Positions 1 to 27,788 of a stretch of 64,000 bases of DNA are shown here, piece after piece; the stretch's first letter is position 1, and every line of letters starts with the position of its first letter. Under the pieces are notes generated by a model. The model was not told the origin of the DNA, did no database searches, and saw only the letters and a program-made list of their open reading frames with translations. The stretch lies in assembly GCF_009914755.1 (NCBI RefSeq), contig NC_060927.1, one strand, 5' to 3'. Both the position numbers and the translations under genes were made by a program. This stretch comes from the human T2T-CHM13v2.0 reference genome, Homo sapiens.

Positions 1-410
1 ATGTATTGAAACAGACAAAAATATTAACATCAGAAAAAGCTCTTGCCAATTAGAGGATCTTCTTAATCCTCAGCAATTAAGTTTGGGGTTTGAGGGGGGC
101 AGGTCATTGTTACAACAGAAGTAAATTTGGCATCTATAGAAATCAATTATGATTTTTGAAAGATTTATCTAAATATATCAATATAGCATCTCTTTAATGT
201 TAGTCATTTATTAGAAAGATCCTTTATCCTGATTTGCTTAAACCTTTCAATAAATTGCACTTTAAAGGATTATAAATAATCCATTTAAAAATTCAAGTAC
301 ACACATCAGTGTTGGTTACTATGCAGAGAATGTCATTGTGTATAGTTTCATGTAATCTGTTATGTCAGCTGTATTTTTTATTAAAATCATGTCAAGAAAA
401 CGTGTTGTCT
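1..410 (+). other. Probable distal 3' UTR of the convergent neighbouring gene (likely PXK)
   Basis: AT-rich unique sequence with AATAAA 249-254 and ATTAAA 380-385 followed by GT-rich sequence. Gene identity rests on recalled synteny only. Confidence 0.5.
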
Positions 411-921
411 GTAGCTTGACAAGATATTTCAAATGAGAACTTTTTGTAGCGTCTGTTGTTAGCAAAGAATAGATTCACACAGTCTAAGGTTTCCTTCCTA
501 CCTATCCTGTCTCTTATTCTTTTGTGTCTCACTTTTCCTCTAAGAACTAAAAATCCTGCCTTGCTACTTAAATTAGGTACCACCTATATGCTTCTCTAAC
601 TAATTTAAACCCATCTTTTCCATCTCAGCTTCTGGAGGGCAGTATTTGACAGAATATCTGATCTTTGGAAATGGGAAAAACAACTGATATAAACTTTGCC
701 ATAATTTTAAAGAGAATGCTATTAGAATTAGGCATTTGGAGAGTCTGTGGAGAAGTTCCTGTTTCAAGTGTGATGCAACCTAGGTGATTACCTGATGGAG
801 GCTTGTGAGGCCTGAGTCCTTCTGAAGTCAGTTTTGCTGACTATTCTGGATAGTTCAGATATATGAATACAAACAGGTAATGGTCTTGTACAGTATCAGC
901 TTATTTTCCACATGGAACTAA

Positions 922-1686
<765 letters not shown>

Positions 1687-1720
1687 GCCAATTCTTTCAA
1701 TATAAAAATACAATAGTCAT

Positions 1721-2003
<283 letters not shown>

Positions 2004-2023
2004 TTAGTCATGTTAGAAATTCC

Positions 2024-2075
2024 TTTATTCCTTATCAAAACAAACTAACAGTAAATGTGTATTATATGCTTTAAT
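2024..2075 (-). terminator. PDHB: PDHB polyadenylation signals (ATTAAA 2075-2070, AATAAA 2029-2024); 3' UTR about 2005-2411
   Basis: Hexamers on the minus strand about 340 and 385 nt after the stop, followed by a U-rich tract. Confidence 0.75.
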
Positions 2076-2411
2076 TTTATACATATAAGTTATCTTGTTT
2101 GGATACATCTTTCATCAGGACTCTGCCACATCCATACTTTGTCCTTGTGGTGAGAGAGGATAAAATGTGATATAATTTGTTATTCAAAGAACATGGCAAC
2201 CGTAACAGACAAAAGGAAGCATGGCATCTAGGGGAGGAGAGTGGAGAGTTTTCCATACACAAACACATTTAAACTTCCCTGTACAAAAATACCTGCTGTT
2301 GCTTTAGAAATCGTTTTCCTTTATGAATAGTCAGGTCTTGCAGTACAAATCCAGGTGCAGTGCCAGCAAGTATTTCAAATAAATTTCAACGACTTGATAT
2401 TCAAGTCCAAA

Positions 2412-8190
<5,779 letters not shown>

Positions 8191-8961
8191 CTTGGTCGTG
8201 TCCTCTATCCGCTGCCAAACGACAACAGAGGGGCCGGCAGACGTGAGCAGGCCCCGCCTCCACCGGCGCGGGCCAATGGCAAGGCGCGCCGGCTGCGTGA
8301 CCCGCCCACCCGCCCACCGGGTGAGGGGCCGCGGGGCCGGGCTGAGGTGGCGTGTGGGTGGCCGTGCCCCTCTGCCTGGAGCCGCCTCAAATCAACTTTA
8401 TTGACAGTAGGCGGTGACCGACAGGCGGGGTGCACGCTGGGCACACGTGCCTGGTCGGTGTTACTTGAAGCGTGGGGACTAGAAGTCAGACCCTGAGGAG
8501 CATGATCTCTGGAAGCTGGAGAGACCTTAAGAGTTAGGCCAACCTGTTGTGGGTGCTGGAATCCTTTGGGCACCAAGAAGTGCTTGCACACGCTCTATTG
8601 ATGGGGAACTTAACACTTCATGAGTGAGTCTAGTCTTCCCTGGACAGTGCTGTCTGTTGATTCCTTATAATGCACATCATAGCTTTCATTGATTGTATTA
8701 AGCACCTACTGTGAGCCAAGCATTGAGATATGTGCTGTATAGCTCATTCTCACAGTACCCCACTTGGGTAATTAGTGTTATTATTATCTCCATTTTGAAG
8801 ACGGTTAAACTGAAGCAGAAATTGATTAAATGAGCCGATATTTTAATTTAGGACTGTCTTGACTCTAAAGCATGGTCTTTTTCCCACTGCTTCCTAAAGC
8901 AGAAGTGGATTCCTGCTTGGGGGAAGGTTACAACAACTTTAGAGAAGGGCGGCCCTATGGA

Positions 8962-9413
8962 TGTAGCAGGACAAGCCGCAGACGAAACTCCTCAGACACC
9001 GAGTTAAAGAAGGAAGGGGTTTATTCGGCCAGGGGCATGGGCAAGACTCTTGTCTCAAGAGCCGAGCTCCCCGAATGGGCAATTCCTGTCCCTTTTAAGG
9101 GCTCACAGCTCTAAGGAGGTGTGCGTGAGAGGGTCATGATTGATTGAGCAAGCAGGGGGTATGTGACTAGGGGCTGCAAGCACCGGTAATTAGACCGGAA
9201 CAGGATAGGGATTTTCACAGTGCTTTTCTATACAATGTCTGTAATCTATAGTTAACATAACCGATTAGGTCGGGGTCGATCTTTACCAGGCCCAGGGTGT
9301 GGCACCAGGCTGTCTGTTTGTGGATTTCATTTCTGCCTTTTAGTTTTTACTTTTTCTTTCTTTGGAGGCAGAAATTGGGCATAAGACAATATGAGGGGTG
9401 GTCTCCTCCCTTA
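8962..9413 (-). mobile_element. Solo LTR2 (HERV-E LTR)
   Basis: Minus strand begins TAAGGGAGGAGACCACCCCTCATATTGTCTTATGCCCAATTTCTGCC and ends GCTACA. AATAAA at 9025-9020; near-TSD TGGA/TGGG. Confidence 0.88.
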
Positions 9414-9849
9414 TGGGGAGGTGCCAAACACTTGGCCATAGGGACAACCTCTGGAAGCTCATTAGTCTTAATTTGGCCCTTGGGGGTCAGATGGGACAAT
9501 TGAGCACCCAGTCTCCACCCATCCCCAAGACATTCCAAACATTCCCTTCTATGGATCACAGCTGCAGGCTGCCAAATTAGGAATTTGCAACTTCCAGTAG
9601 GTTGCTGACTGGGAATGGGAGGGGGTGGAGGCAAAGGCAGAACAGGCGGATGCTGGGAAGTCTGTGGCAGCAACAGAGGCAGACTAGGAGGCAACTTCCA
9701 GATGGAGAGGAGGGGGACAGTTTTGAGATCTATTTGGGCTAGAATCAATAGGAATGCTGTAAGTGCTAGGGAAGAGCAGAGGAAAATTTTGGATTTTTGT
9801 CATTGCTGGATGGATAGATGGGGTAAGGGAGGAGCCTGGGGCAGTGTAA

Positions 9850-10072
<223 letters not shown>

Positions 10073-11585
10073 TGACCAGGCTGATGTTGAACTCTTGACC
10101 TCAAGTGATCCACCCGCCTCAGCCTCCCAAAGTGCTGGGATTACAGGCATGAGCCACTGCAGCCAGCCTTTATTCTTTAGATGACTGGGACATACCCAGG
10201 TTGCCTGGAGCCTAGGGCCTAGTCAGGGCTAAAGGTAGAAATTTGGGGACAGCTGCATAGAGATGACATTTACTCTCTGGGACTGTTTCATCTGTAAAAT
10301 GGATAGAAGATCTTCAAGATATGGAATCAACACCTTCTGAGTCTCCCTCACCTGCCACCATCGTCTAGTCCCAACTGTCCCTGCCAGGGCCTCAGGAATG
10401 GCCAGCACTTCCTAGACTGCCACAGCATCCCTGAGAAACTCCTGAACTTGAGATTTCAGCCCCCAAAAGTTTGTGGGTGGTGCTCAGAATGAAAAAGTGA
10501 ATCAGTCCTTCCCACCTTTCCCACAACCTAGCACCAAAAGATTTCAGGATCAGATTTGCCAAGCAAAAGGAGATGTTACAGGAAAGCAGTCCCGATCGAG
10601 ATCCCAAGAGAGAGTTCTTGGATCTCACACAAGAAAGAATTCAGGGCAAGTCCACAGTGCAAAGCAAAAGCAAGTTTATTAAGAAAGTAAAGCAATAAAA
10701 GAATGGCTACTCTATAGACAGAGCAGCCCTGAGGGCTGCTGATTGCCCATTTTTATGATTATTTCTTGATTTTATACTAAATAAGGGGTGGATTATTCAT
10801 GCCTCCCCTTTTTAGACCATATAGGGTAACTTCTTGACATTGCCGTGGCATTTATAAACTGTCATGGCGCTGGTGGGAGTGTAGCAGTGAGGATGACCAG
10901 AGGTCATGCTCATCGCCGTCTTGGTTTTGGTGGGTTTTGGCCAGCTTCTTTCCTGCAACCTGTTTTATCAGCAAGGTCTTTATGACCTGTATCTTGTGCT
11001 GACCTCCTATCTCATCCTGTGACTGAGAATGCCTAACTGTCTGGGAATGCAGCCCTGTAGGTCTCTGCCTCATTTTACCCAGCTCCTATTCAAGATGGAG
11101 TTGCTCTGGTTCACATTCCTCTGACATTTGCCTCCTGCCTATTATGAGAGAAACTTTAATCCTAAAAGTTTCGGAGGGATGAAGATGCATCTTCTGTAAC
11201 TTCTTCAGGCTGAATAGGGGTGATGATATTCCTGCTTAACTATTAGGGTCCCTTATGTTCAGAGTAGAGAGGAGCTCAGAAAACATCAGTATAGTGAGGG
11301 CCATTCATAACTCCAAGTTCTGACAAAAGGTGATATCTGGAAGATTAATAAGTATTCAGTTTAAGAAAACATTCAGTAAGCTTATCCTGCACTCCTACAC
11401 AAAGAGTACAATAGCAATATATTCCACAAGAGTAAAGCAAAATAAGTAAAATTATCCCAAGTAAACTAAATTAGAAGGCTTTCCATGAACTGGGCAACTG
11501 TTGGAACCAAGCTGATGTGGGGTTGCTAGCTGATTCCAGTGTGTTCAGAATTAGAATATCGATTCAGATTTTTACATTACCCATC

Positions 11586-11963
11586 TTCCATGCGCGTCCA
11601 TGTGAAGAGACCACCAAATAGGCTTTATGTGAGCAATAAAGCTTTTTAATCACCTGGGTGCAGGCGGGCTGAGTCCAAAAAGAGAGTCAGCGAAGGAAGA
11701 TAGCGGTGGGGCCGTTTTATAGGATTTGGGTAGGTAGTGGAAAATTACAGTCAAAGGGGTTTGTTCTCTGGCTGGCAGAAGTGGGGGGTCACAAGGTGCT
11801 CAGTCGGGGAGCTCCTGAGCCAGGACGAGCCAGGAGAAGGAATTTCACAAGGTAATGTCACCAGTTAAGGCAGGAACCGGCCATTTTCAGTTCTTTTGTG
11901 ATTCTTCACTTGCTTCAGGCCATCTGAATGAATACGTGCAGACTTGGGCTCAGAGACCTGACA
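11586..11963 (-). mobile_element. Solo LTR7 (HERV-H) nested in the MER41 internal region
   Basis: TGTCAGGTCTCTGAGCCCAAG...GGACGCGCATGGAA; exact 5-bp TSD CCATC. Confidence 0.9.
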
Positions 11964-12205
11964 CCATCACTCTTGTTTGTTTTGAGCAGCAGTCAGAGAT
12001 CACTGGTTGGTTCACAGGAATAAGCTGGGTTAGCCTAAATTGCAGAAACAAACTTAAAAACAACTGATGAGACTAGAATCTAATAACCAGTGTACCATAA
12101 GTTCTTGAAACATTATATTTCTCTCTCCAGTTTCCCATTTTTACTAAAGGCAAATCTTGGTAAGACTGATTTGCTTTGTTATACTTGGCCTGATTATTTA
12201 TATAA

Positions 12206-12598
<393 letters not shown>

Positions 12599-13584
12599 TA
12601 GATAAGACTTTTTGCCATGGGTTTGTACCCTCAAATACGTATGAGTTGGGTAAATTCCTCTCTTCTTGAGGTTCCAAGATAACTTGGAGTTCCTGGGTCT
12701 GTTAGAAAGTGACATTCTTTACTTACCACAGGTCAGAAATCCTGTACAAGGACTGTGTAGGCAAGGTATGAGGCCAGTTCCCCAAGGGGCTTCTATTGGC
12801 TCTATAAGTTAAGTTTAATTCCTTAAAAGAAAACATGCCATTCCAGTCAAAGCCTTGATAAAATAACCAGTTTCTCCAATTGTGTCCTGTTGCAAAAGAA
12901 AACAGATACTTATTTGCACTTATGCAAATAACTATATTGCATAAATTAGGAATACTCAGTTTGACCATAGGTAAGATTTTCATAAACCTTTTATTAACCC
13001 TTTACTTTTTTTGTGAAAGAGCAGATTAGTGTTCTAAGAAAAACCTGTTGTACTTTTAGTCCAATGCTTAATTTATGGAAAAACTGAATAATACCCCTTT
13101 AACTTTAGCCAATATGTTCACACAAAGAATTTCTTTTTACAAGATTCATTTTTTATAAACTTTTCATAACTTGCTCAAACCTTTAGCTTTATCCTGTTTA
13201 ACTTAAAACAATCCTTTAACCCTTTAGACAAGAAAATCCACATTCCCGTGACTTCTTATAATCTTTTACTAAAAACACATTTCGCTTTCCCTACACGCCT
13301 TACGTGTAGAAGAACTGTTTCTTTAGTAGTCTCAAATACATGTTACAATGTTAACTCTTAGCAACTTTTACTTTTGGTGAAAACCTTGGTAAGTAAGGGG
13401 TTTGGGTCCAGGGTTTCCGCACTGTAGTCCCTTCAGTGGTCACCAGAAAGATGTTATAGGAAAGGGGTCCCGATCCAGTCCCCAAGAGAGGGTTCTTGGA
13501 TCTCGCACAGAAAGAATTCAGGGCGAGTCTACAGTGCAAAGCAAAAGCCAGTTTACTAAGAAAGTAAAAGAATAAAAGAACGGC

Positions 13585-13913
<329 letters not shown>

Positions 13914-14231
13914 TTACTGGTTGCTCATTTTTCCAGTTATTTCTTGATTATATGCTAAACAAGGGGTGGATTATTCATGCCTCCCCTTTTTAGACTATAT
14001 AGGGTAACTTCCTGATGTTGCCATGGCATTTGTAAATTGTCATGGCGCTGGTGGGAGTGTAGCAGTGAGGATGATCAGAGGTCATTCTTATCGCCATCTT
14101 GGTTTTGGTGGGTTTTGGCTAGCTTCTTTCCTGCAACCTGTTTTATCAGCAAGGTCTTTATGACCTGTATCTTGTGCTGACCTCCTATCTCATCCTGTGA
14201 CTGAGAATGCCCTAAATGTCTGGGAATCCAG

Positions 14232-14997
<766 letters not shown>

Positions 14998-15291
14998 CCA
15001 GTAGGTCTCAGCCTCATTTTACCCAGCTCCTATTCAAGATGGAGTTGCTCTGGTTCACATACCTCTGAGAGAGACATCAAGATGAAGGAATGATAGCCCA
15101 AAGAGAAGCCAGGATCTGGACCGTGGTCTAAACAAAGGACAGTATTCTTGAGATATATTTAATACAGAGATCCAGAAAAGCCAGGAACGCTGAGTCTGTG
15201 TAGCTAATCTGGAAGGCAATGTGAGTCACAGGCCCCAGCTGAGAATGTTCTTTTGAAATAATGACTGTGGACATTTTAGACACATTAGAAG

Positions 15292-15747
15292 TTTCATGCG
15301 CGTCTGTGTGAAGAGACCACCAAACAGGCTTTGTGTGAGCAATAAAGCTTTTAATCACCTGGGTGCAGGCGGGCTGAGTCCGAAAAGACAGTCAACGAAG
15401 GGAGATGGGGTGGGGCCGTTTTATAAGATTTGGGTAGGTAAAGGAAAGTTATAGTCAAAGGGGGGTTGTTCTCTGGCAGGCAGGAGTGGGGGTCACAAGT
15501 TGCTCAGCGGGAGAGGTTTTTGAGCCAGGATGAGCCAGGAGAAGGAATTTCACAAGGTAATGTCATCACTTAAGGCAAGGACCGACCATTTTCACTTATT
15601 TTGTGGTGGAATGGCATCAGTTAAAGCAGGAACAGGCCATTTAAATATCACTTCTTTTGTGATTCTTCAGTTACTTCAGGCCATCTGGATGTATACGTGC
15701 AGGTCACAGGGGATATGATGGCTTAGCTTGGGCTCAGAGGCCTGACA
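15292..15747 (-). mobile_element. Solo LTR7 (HERV-H)
   Basis: TGTCAGGCCTCTGAGCCCAAGCTAAGCC...ACGCGCATGAAA; exact TSD AGAAG. Confidence 0.92.
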
Positions 15748-15835
15748 AGAAGTATATTCATTAGTACATGTGCCTTTCTTTCAAACTCAAACTGGCCAGT
15801 TTGGAAAGGCTGGGTGGAATTTTCTGTTTGAAAGC

Positions 15836-16753
15836 TGTTAACGAAAAAAGTCAAACTGTAAAATATTTAAAGAAGTTTATTCTGAGCCTTATAATTTAGT
15901 GACCTTGGCCCAGGACACAGCCTCAGGAGGTCCTGAGAACATGGGTTCAAAGTAGTTGGGTTACCATTTGGTTTTATACGTTTTACGGAGACAGGCAAAG
16001 ACATACAGGCAAAGACATAAATCAACACATGTAAGGTATACATTGGTTGAGCCAGGAAAGGTGGGGCATCTCCAAGTCGGGGGTGGGATGCTTCCAGGTT
16101 ATACATGGATGCAAAGATTTTCTGATTGGCAGTTGGTTGAAAAAGTTAAGCTTTGCCTGAAGAGTTGAAGTCAGCATAAAGAAATGCTTGAGTTAAGATA
16201 AGAGTGGTTGTGGAAGCCAAGGTTTTTGCTAAGTAGATGAAGCCTCTGAGTGGCAGGCTTCAGAGTAAATAGATGGTAAATGTCTCTTATCAGACCTTCA
16301 AAGGTGTCAGACTCTTAGTTAAATTTCTCCTGGATCAGGGAAAGACCTGGAAAAGGAAGGGGATTCTCTACAGAATGCAAATTTCCCCAAGGCAAGGCTT
16401 TGCAGGGCCATTCCAAAATATGCCAAATAAACATATTTTAGGGTAAAATACTTGCATTTCCTTTAGACCCTGTTATCTGTCATGTGATGGTATACCAGAG
16501 TCAGGTTGGAATTTGGTATCTTACTGCTATAAAGAGTCTGTTTTGTCAGTCTTAAGAAATGTATTTTAATGTTAATGCTGGTCAGTGGCACCTAAACTCC
16601 AAAGCGAGGAAAGTATACTGAGGGTATCCTACCTGCCTTCCCATCTAGTGGCCTGAACTTGTTTTTCAGGTTGTCTTGGGGAATCCCCTTGGCCAAGGGG
16701 GTGAGGGTCCATTCAGTTGATTGAGGGGCTTATAATTTTATTTTTAGTTTACA
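15836..16753 (-). mobile_element. MER4-group ERV1 solo LTR (MER4D/E-like)
   Basis: TG...CA ends; minus strand starts TGTAAACTAAAAATAAAATTATAAGCCCC; about 920 bp. Confidence 0.72.
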
Positions 16754-17256
16754 GAGTAAAAAACACAAAAGGTCAAAGTGGTGAATTTTAAATCCATAAT
16801 CTTTTAAAAATGACTGCATCTCTATGCTCACTAGATTTTCCTAAAAGAGATTTCAAGGTGTAAATTGGCCAACTAGTCTTCTCTCGGAACTAAATCTTTT
16901 CAGGGTTACACGGAATATTTGCCCTTAAGAACATTTTGGGTTCTTTGTCAGTTGTCAGAAAGTCCTTCATTCAAGGTTTTTGGGCCGGGTGCAGTGGCTC
17001 ACGCCTGTAATCTCAGCACTTTGGAAGGCCAAGGCAGGAGGATGGCTTGAGGCCAGGAGTTTGAGAGCAGCCTGGGCAACATAGTGAGACCTCATCTCTA
17101 TTAAAAATAAAAATAATAATAAGATTTTCTGTATACCTTTTCCCAGTTATAATATATAGCCACAGTTATCAAAACCCAGTAACTGACTTTGGTACAACTA
17201 TACTGTTAACTCCAGGAGAGACTTTATTCAGATTTCATCAGTTTGTATATGTATTT

Positions 17257-17264
17257 GTGTGTGT

Positions 17265-17300
<36 letters not shown>
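17257..17300. repeat. (GT)n microsatellite
   Basis: Direct reading. Confidence 0.95.
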
Positions 17301-17302
<2 letters not shown>

Positions 17303-17520
17303 TACTGTAGAGTTTTATCACATGTACATTTTCATGTAGCTACCACCACAATCAGAATACAGAATTGTTCCCTCGCCATAAAGAAACTTCCTTGTTACCT
17401 CACAGTCACATCTACCCCAACTCCTAACTCCTGGCTACCACTGATCTATTCTCAAGTACTATAATTTGTTATTTCAAGAATGTTCAATATGTATGATTTC
17501 AAGAATCATACGATACGTAG

Positions 17521-17968
<448 letters not shown>

Positions 17969-18031
17969 TGAAGGACATTTGGGCTATATCCAGTTTTAGC
18001 TATTACCAATAACGCTGTTATCAACATTGGT

Positions 18032-18497
18032 TGTAGGAAAACAGCCTGCTGCATGGCAAGATTACACCATTTTGAAGCGAAACTGCTGTGATGACTGATG
18101 TCTGCATACCAACTCGTTCCCATTCCCACAACAAGGTCAAGAAACAATGCCCGTAGCATCCAACTCCTCATAGAGAAACAATGCCTGTACATAGATAACC
18201 CCTCATAAAGATACTTATCTAACTTCCCCAGTGGTCCCTAGTTGTTTCATAAGAGGGTCTGAGACATGACCAGCTGCACATGTTTTACCAAAAACAGCTT
18301 GCTAATTAAAGAATATTTTCCAGAAAGAAGGTTGGTTGTGGGCATCCACCATCACTTGGCTGCCAGAGATGCCACTTCTGTTTGTAAGTCCCTACTAAAT
18401 GTTTCCTTCTGAGAAACTGGATTTTTCACCCTTTGTCTTCAGCCTCTCACCTCCCTTTGTCTTTGGGGGTTTACGTAGACCTGCTTACCACAGAACA
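18032..18497 (+). mobile_element. Solo LTR (LTR47-like, ERVL)
   Basis: TGTAGGAAAACAGCCTGCTGCATGGCAAG...AGAACA interrupting L1; family assignment tentative. Confidence 0.6.
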
Positions 18498-18890
18498 TTG
18501 ACTTATAGGTTTAGGGGTGAGCATCAGCTTTCATTTCTGCAGGAAATCGTAGATTGTATGATTATATGGTAATTGTATGATTGTAATGGTATGTGTATGT
18601 TTAAATTTTCAGAATATGCCAAACTCTTTTTCCAGAGTGGCTGTGTCATTTATGTTATGTCCCCAGTGCATGAGACATCTGGATCCTTTCCAGCACTTGG
18701 TAATATTATTAGTATTATTATTGGAGAGAGGGTTTTACTATGTCACCCAGGCTGGAGTGCAGTGGCACAATCACAGATCCTTGCAGCCTTGCTGTCTGGG
18801 CTTAAGCGATCCTCCCACCTCAGCTTCCCAAATAGCTGAGACCACAGGTGTGCGCCAGCACACCTGGTGAATTTTATTTTATTTTTGTAG

Positions 18891-19031
<141 letters not shown>

Positions 19032-19298
19032 TGACTTGCCATCCATCTTTGGTGACAGGTCATCCTCTGTGGTGAAAGTGTGTGTTTACATCTTTTGACC
19101 ATATTCTAATTAGATTGTGTTTTAAAATTGTGATAAAATGTGCATAACATAAAATTTACCGTTTTTAGTTGTGCAGTTCTGTGGCACTAAGCACATTCAC
19201 ACTGTTTAGCCACACCACCATCCATCTCCAGAACTGTTTTATCTTCCCCAGCTAAAAGTCTACCAATAAACAATAACTTCATTCTCCCCTCCCGCCAC

Positions 19299-19709
19299 TG
19301 TTGGGAAAAAGCTGAGTGTAGGGAGGGAAACTGAGGCAGGGCTTGCATAGTGTCCTTTGGAATGTGTCTAGACTTGCTGGCTGCTTGCTTCTAGCCCTCC
19401 TAGGCTCCTGTTCCCATTATCTCAAGTAGCAGGACATGTTCCATATAAATGCTAAACCATCACAGCTGTAAATCATGTGCTTAATGGAACATGTGGAGGT
19501 GTTGACCTCCACAGTCTCAACACCTGTTTCTTTGTTGGATTACCAATAAATACCGTGGGCTCTCAGAGCTCGGGGCCTTCGCAGCCTCCATACATAGTGA
19601 TGGCCCCCTGGTGTCCCACCTTTTTCTCTCACTGTCTTTTTCTCAATCCTTTGACTCTGCTGGACTTTGTCACCCCCACGACCTGGTGTTGGGTCTGATC
19701 ACCCCAACA
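19299..19709 (+). mobile_element. Solo LTR3 (HERV-K HML-6)
   Basis: TGTTGGGAAAAAGCTGAGTG...GATCACCCCAACA; 6-bp TSD CGCCAC/CTCCAC; TATAAA and AATAAA present. Confidence 0.8.
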
Positions 19710-20041
19710 CTCCACCCCTTGGCAGTCGACATTCTGCTGTCTCTATGAATTTGACTAAGTACCTCATATAAGTGGCATCGTCCAATATTTGTCTTTTTTG
19801 TGTCTGGCTTATTTCACTTGGCATGTCAAGGTTCACCCATGTTGTAGCACATGTTAGAATTTCATTTCTTTCTAAGGCTGTATAGTATTCCACTGTATGC
19901 CTACACCACATTTTGCTGATCCATTTGCCTGTTGATGGATACTTGGGTTGCCCCCACCTTTTGGATTTGTGAATAATGCTGCTATAAATATTGGTGTACA
20001 AATATCTGTCTGAATGCCTGCTTTTACTTCTTTTGGGTATA

Positions 20042-23632
<3,591 letters not shown>

Positions 23633-24589
23633 AAAAGCTTTCAATTTCTCCACATCCTCAACAACACTTATTTTCTGTTTTGTTGCTTTGTGTGTTTTAA
23701 ATTTTTTAAAAATTAATTATTTATTTTTTGAGATGGAGTCTCACTGTGTTGCCCAGGCTGGAGAGCAATGGTGTGATCTTGGCTCACTGCAGCCTCTGCC
23801 TCCCGGGTTCAAGCAATTCTCATGCCTCAGCACCCCCTCCCCCAAATAGCTGGGACCACAGACATGCGCCACCATGCCCGGCTAATTTTTGTATTTTTAG
23901 TAGAGATGGGGTTTTGCTATGTTGGCCAGGTTGGTCTCAAACTCCTGGTCTCAAGTGATCTGCCTGCCTTGACCTCCCAAAGTGCTGGGATTACAGGCAT
24001 GAGCCACCGTGCCGGGCCATGTATATGTTTGTTTTAGATAATAGCCATCTTAGTGTGTTTGCAGTGATATCTCATTGTAATTTTGATTTTAGTTTCCCTA
24101 ATGATTAGTGATATTGAGTATTTTTTCATGTGCGTATCGGCCATTTGCATATCTTCCTTGGAGAAATGTCTATTCAAGTCCTTTGTCCATTTTTAAATAG
24201 TTTTTTTTTCTGCTGTGAATTGTAGACGTTCTCTCTCTATATATTCTAGATATTAATCATTTATCAGATATAATTATTTTCTCTTATTCCTTGGGTCGCA
24301 TTTTTACTCTGTTGATAGTGTCCTTTGTTGCACAAATTTTAAAATTTTGGTAAAGTCCAATTTAACTATTTTTTTGTTTTATTGTCTGTGCTTTTGGGGT
24401 CATACGTGAGAAATTTTTAAGTTAGATGTCATGGAGCTGCTCCCGTATGTTTTCTTCCCAAGGTTTTACAATATTAGCTCTTATATTTAGGTCTATGATA
24501 CATTTTGAGTTGATTTTTGTATTTAGTTGGCCCTTGAACTTGAATAATTAGGGGCATTGATCCTCCTTGCAGTCAAAAATCCATGTGTC

Positions 24590-25292
<703 letters not shown>

Positions 25293-25309
25293 CTATGTGT
25301 CATTTTTGA

Positions 25310-25723
<414 letters not shown>

Positions 25724-26901
25724 TAAATTAGAGTAAAGAAAATGCTATTTAAAAAATTGTAAGGAAGAGAAAATACATTCACTGTTCATTAAGTGGAAAT
25801 GGGTCATCACAAAGGTCTTCATCCTCTTCACTTCCTGTTGAGTAGGCTGAGGAGGAGGAAGAGGAAGGGTTGATTTTGCTGTCTCAGGAGTGGCAGAGGC
25901 AGAAGAGGTGGAGGAGGTGGAAGGGGAGGCAGGAGAAGTGGGCACACTCAGTGAAACTACAGAAATGCAATGTAATTTATTTCTAACTTTTTTATTCATT
26001 TCTCTAAAAATATTTCTATATGATAGCAATCCCTTTTCTACCATTTGCTATAGTTTTAGTGCCCATATCATGGAAGGGTCCATGTAAAAGAAGTAAAAAG
26101 CAGGCATGAATAATAAGAACCCTTCTGTCAGACTGTCTAATGTTAATTTTTTTTCTAGTAACGATTCTTTTATGTCTTCTTCCTCATGGTCTGGCACTGG
26201 TTCAGAAGCACTCATCTCCATCAAGTCATCTTCTATTAATTCCTCTGGTATGGCTTCTATTAGCACTTTAATTTCCCCAAGATCCATATCTTGAAACCCT
26301 CTACCCCACACCCTCCCACATTTTTTGTTTTGGGCTTGATGGCTTTCACAGCTTTTAATTTTTATTCAGTTAACTTATTTATTTATTTATTTAGGCTTTA
26401 ACAGCTTTTCCATAACAATGATGGCATGTTCAATGGTGTGATCCTTCCTGACTTTCATGATAGTCTCTCTATCTGGGTTTTCTTCCATAGCACTGACAAT
26501 CCTTTCCATAGACTGTTGTGTGTAATGAGCCTTGCAGGTCCTTATGACCCCCTGATCTAGAGGCTATATTAGAGACCTCATGTTTGGGGACAAGTAGACA
26601 ACTTCAACGCCTTCAGTGTTGAACTCATGGGGTTCTGGGTGGCCAGGGGCATTGTCCAATATTAAGAGAACTTTAAAAGGCAATTCCTTACTATCAAGTT
26701 ACTTCCTGAGTTCAGGGACAAAGCATCAATGAGACCAGTCCAGAAAAAGGGTTCTCATTGTCCATGCCTTATTGTTGTACAAACAAAAGATGAGCAGCTG
26801 GTGTTTATTCTTTCTGTTCAAGGCTCAGAGGTTAGCAGCTTTACAGATAAGGGCAGTCATGGTCATAAACCTGACTGCATTTGCACAAAGCAGTAGAGTA
26901 G

Positions 26902-27368
<467 letters not shown>

Positions 27369-27746
27369 TAATGGCATCTGGGAGCTTATCTGCTGCATCT
27401 TGGTCAGCAGAAGCTGCTTCTCCTGTTATCTTGACTTCCTTTTTTTCTTCTTTGGAGATAGGATCTCACTCCGTTGCCCAGGCTGGAATGCAGTGGTACG
27501 ATCACAGCTCACTGCAGCCTCTTAACTCCTCAAACAATCCTCCCACCTTGGCCTCCCAAAGTGTTCAGATAACAGGTGTGAGCTACCATGACTGGCCTTA
27601 TCCTTTTTGATGTTATTGTAAATCGAATTGTTTTCTTAATGTTCATTTTAGATTGTCTATTATCAATGTATAGAAATACAACTGGTTTTTGTGTGTTGAT
27701 TTCGTATCCTGCAACTTTGCTAAATTTGTTCATTTGTTCTAACAGA

Positions 27747-27782
27747 ATCACTTCTTGGCCTTTTGGCCAAGATCAAATGTAG
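27747..27782 (+). pseudogene. 3'-truncated U2 snRNA retrocopy (U2 nt 1-36)
   Basis: ATCACTTCTTGGCCTTTTGGCCAAGATCAAATGTAG vs U2 ATCGCTTCTCGGCCTTTTGGCTAAGATCAAGTGTAG (32/36); flanking repeat GTTCTAAYAG. Confidence 0.88.
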
Positions 27783-27788
27783 TTCTAA

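Noticed and set aside
10574-11126. MER41 LTR as an interferon-gamma (STAT1) enhancer
   Set aside because: About 550 bp, and I could not find the tandem TTCNNNGAA GAS motifs typical of MER41B; it looks MER41A-like.
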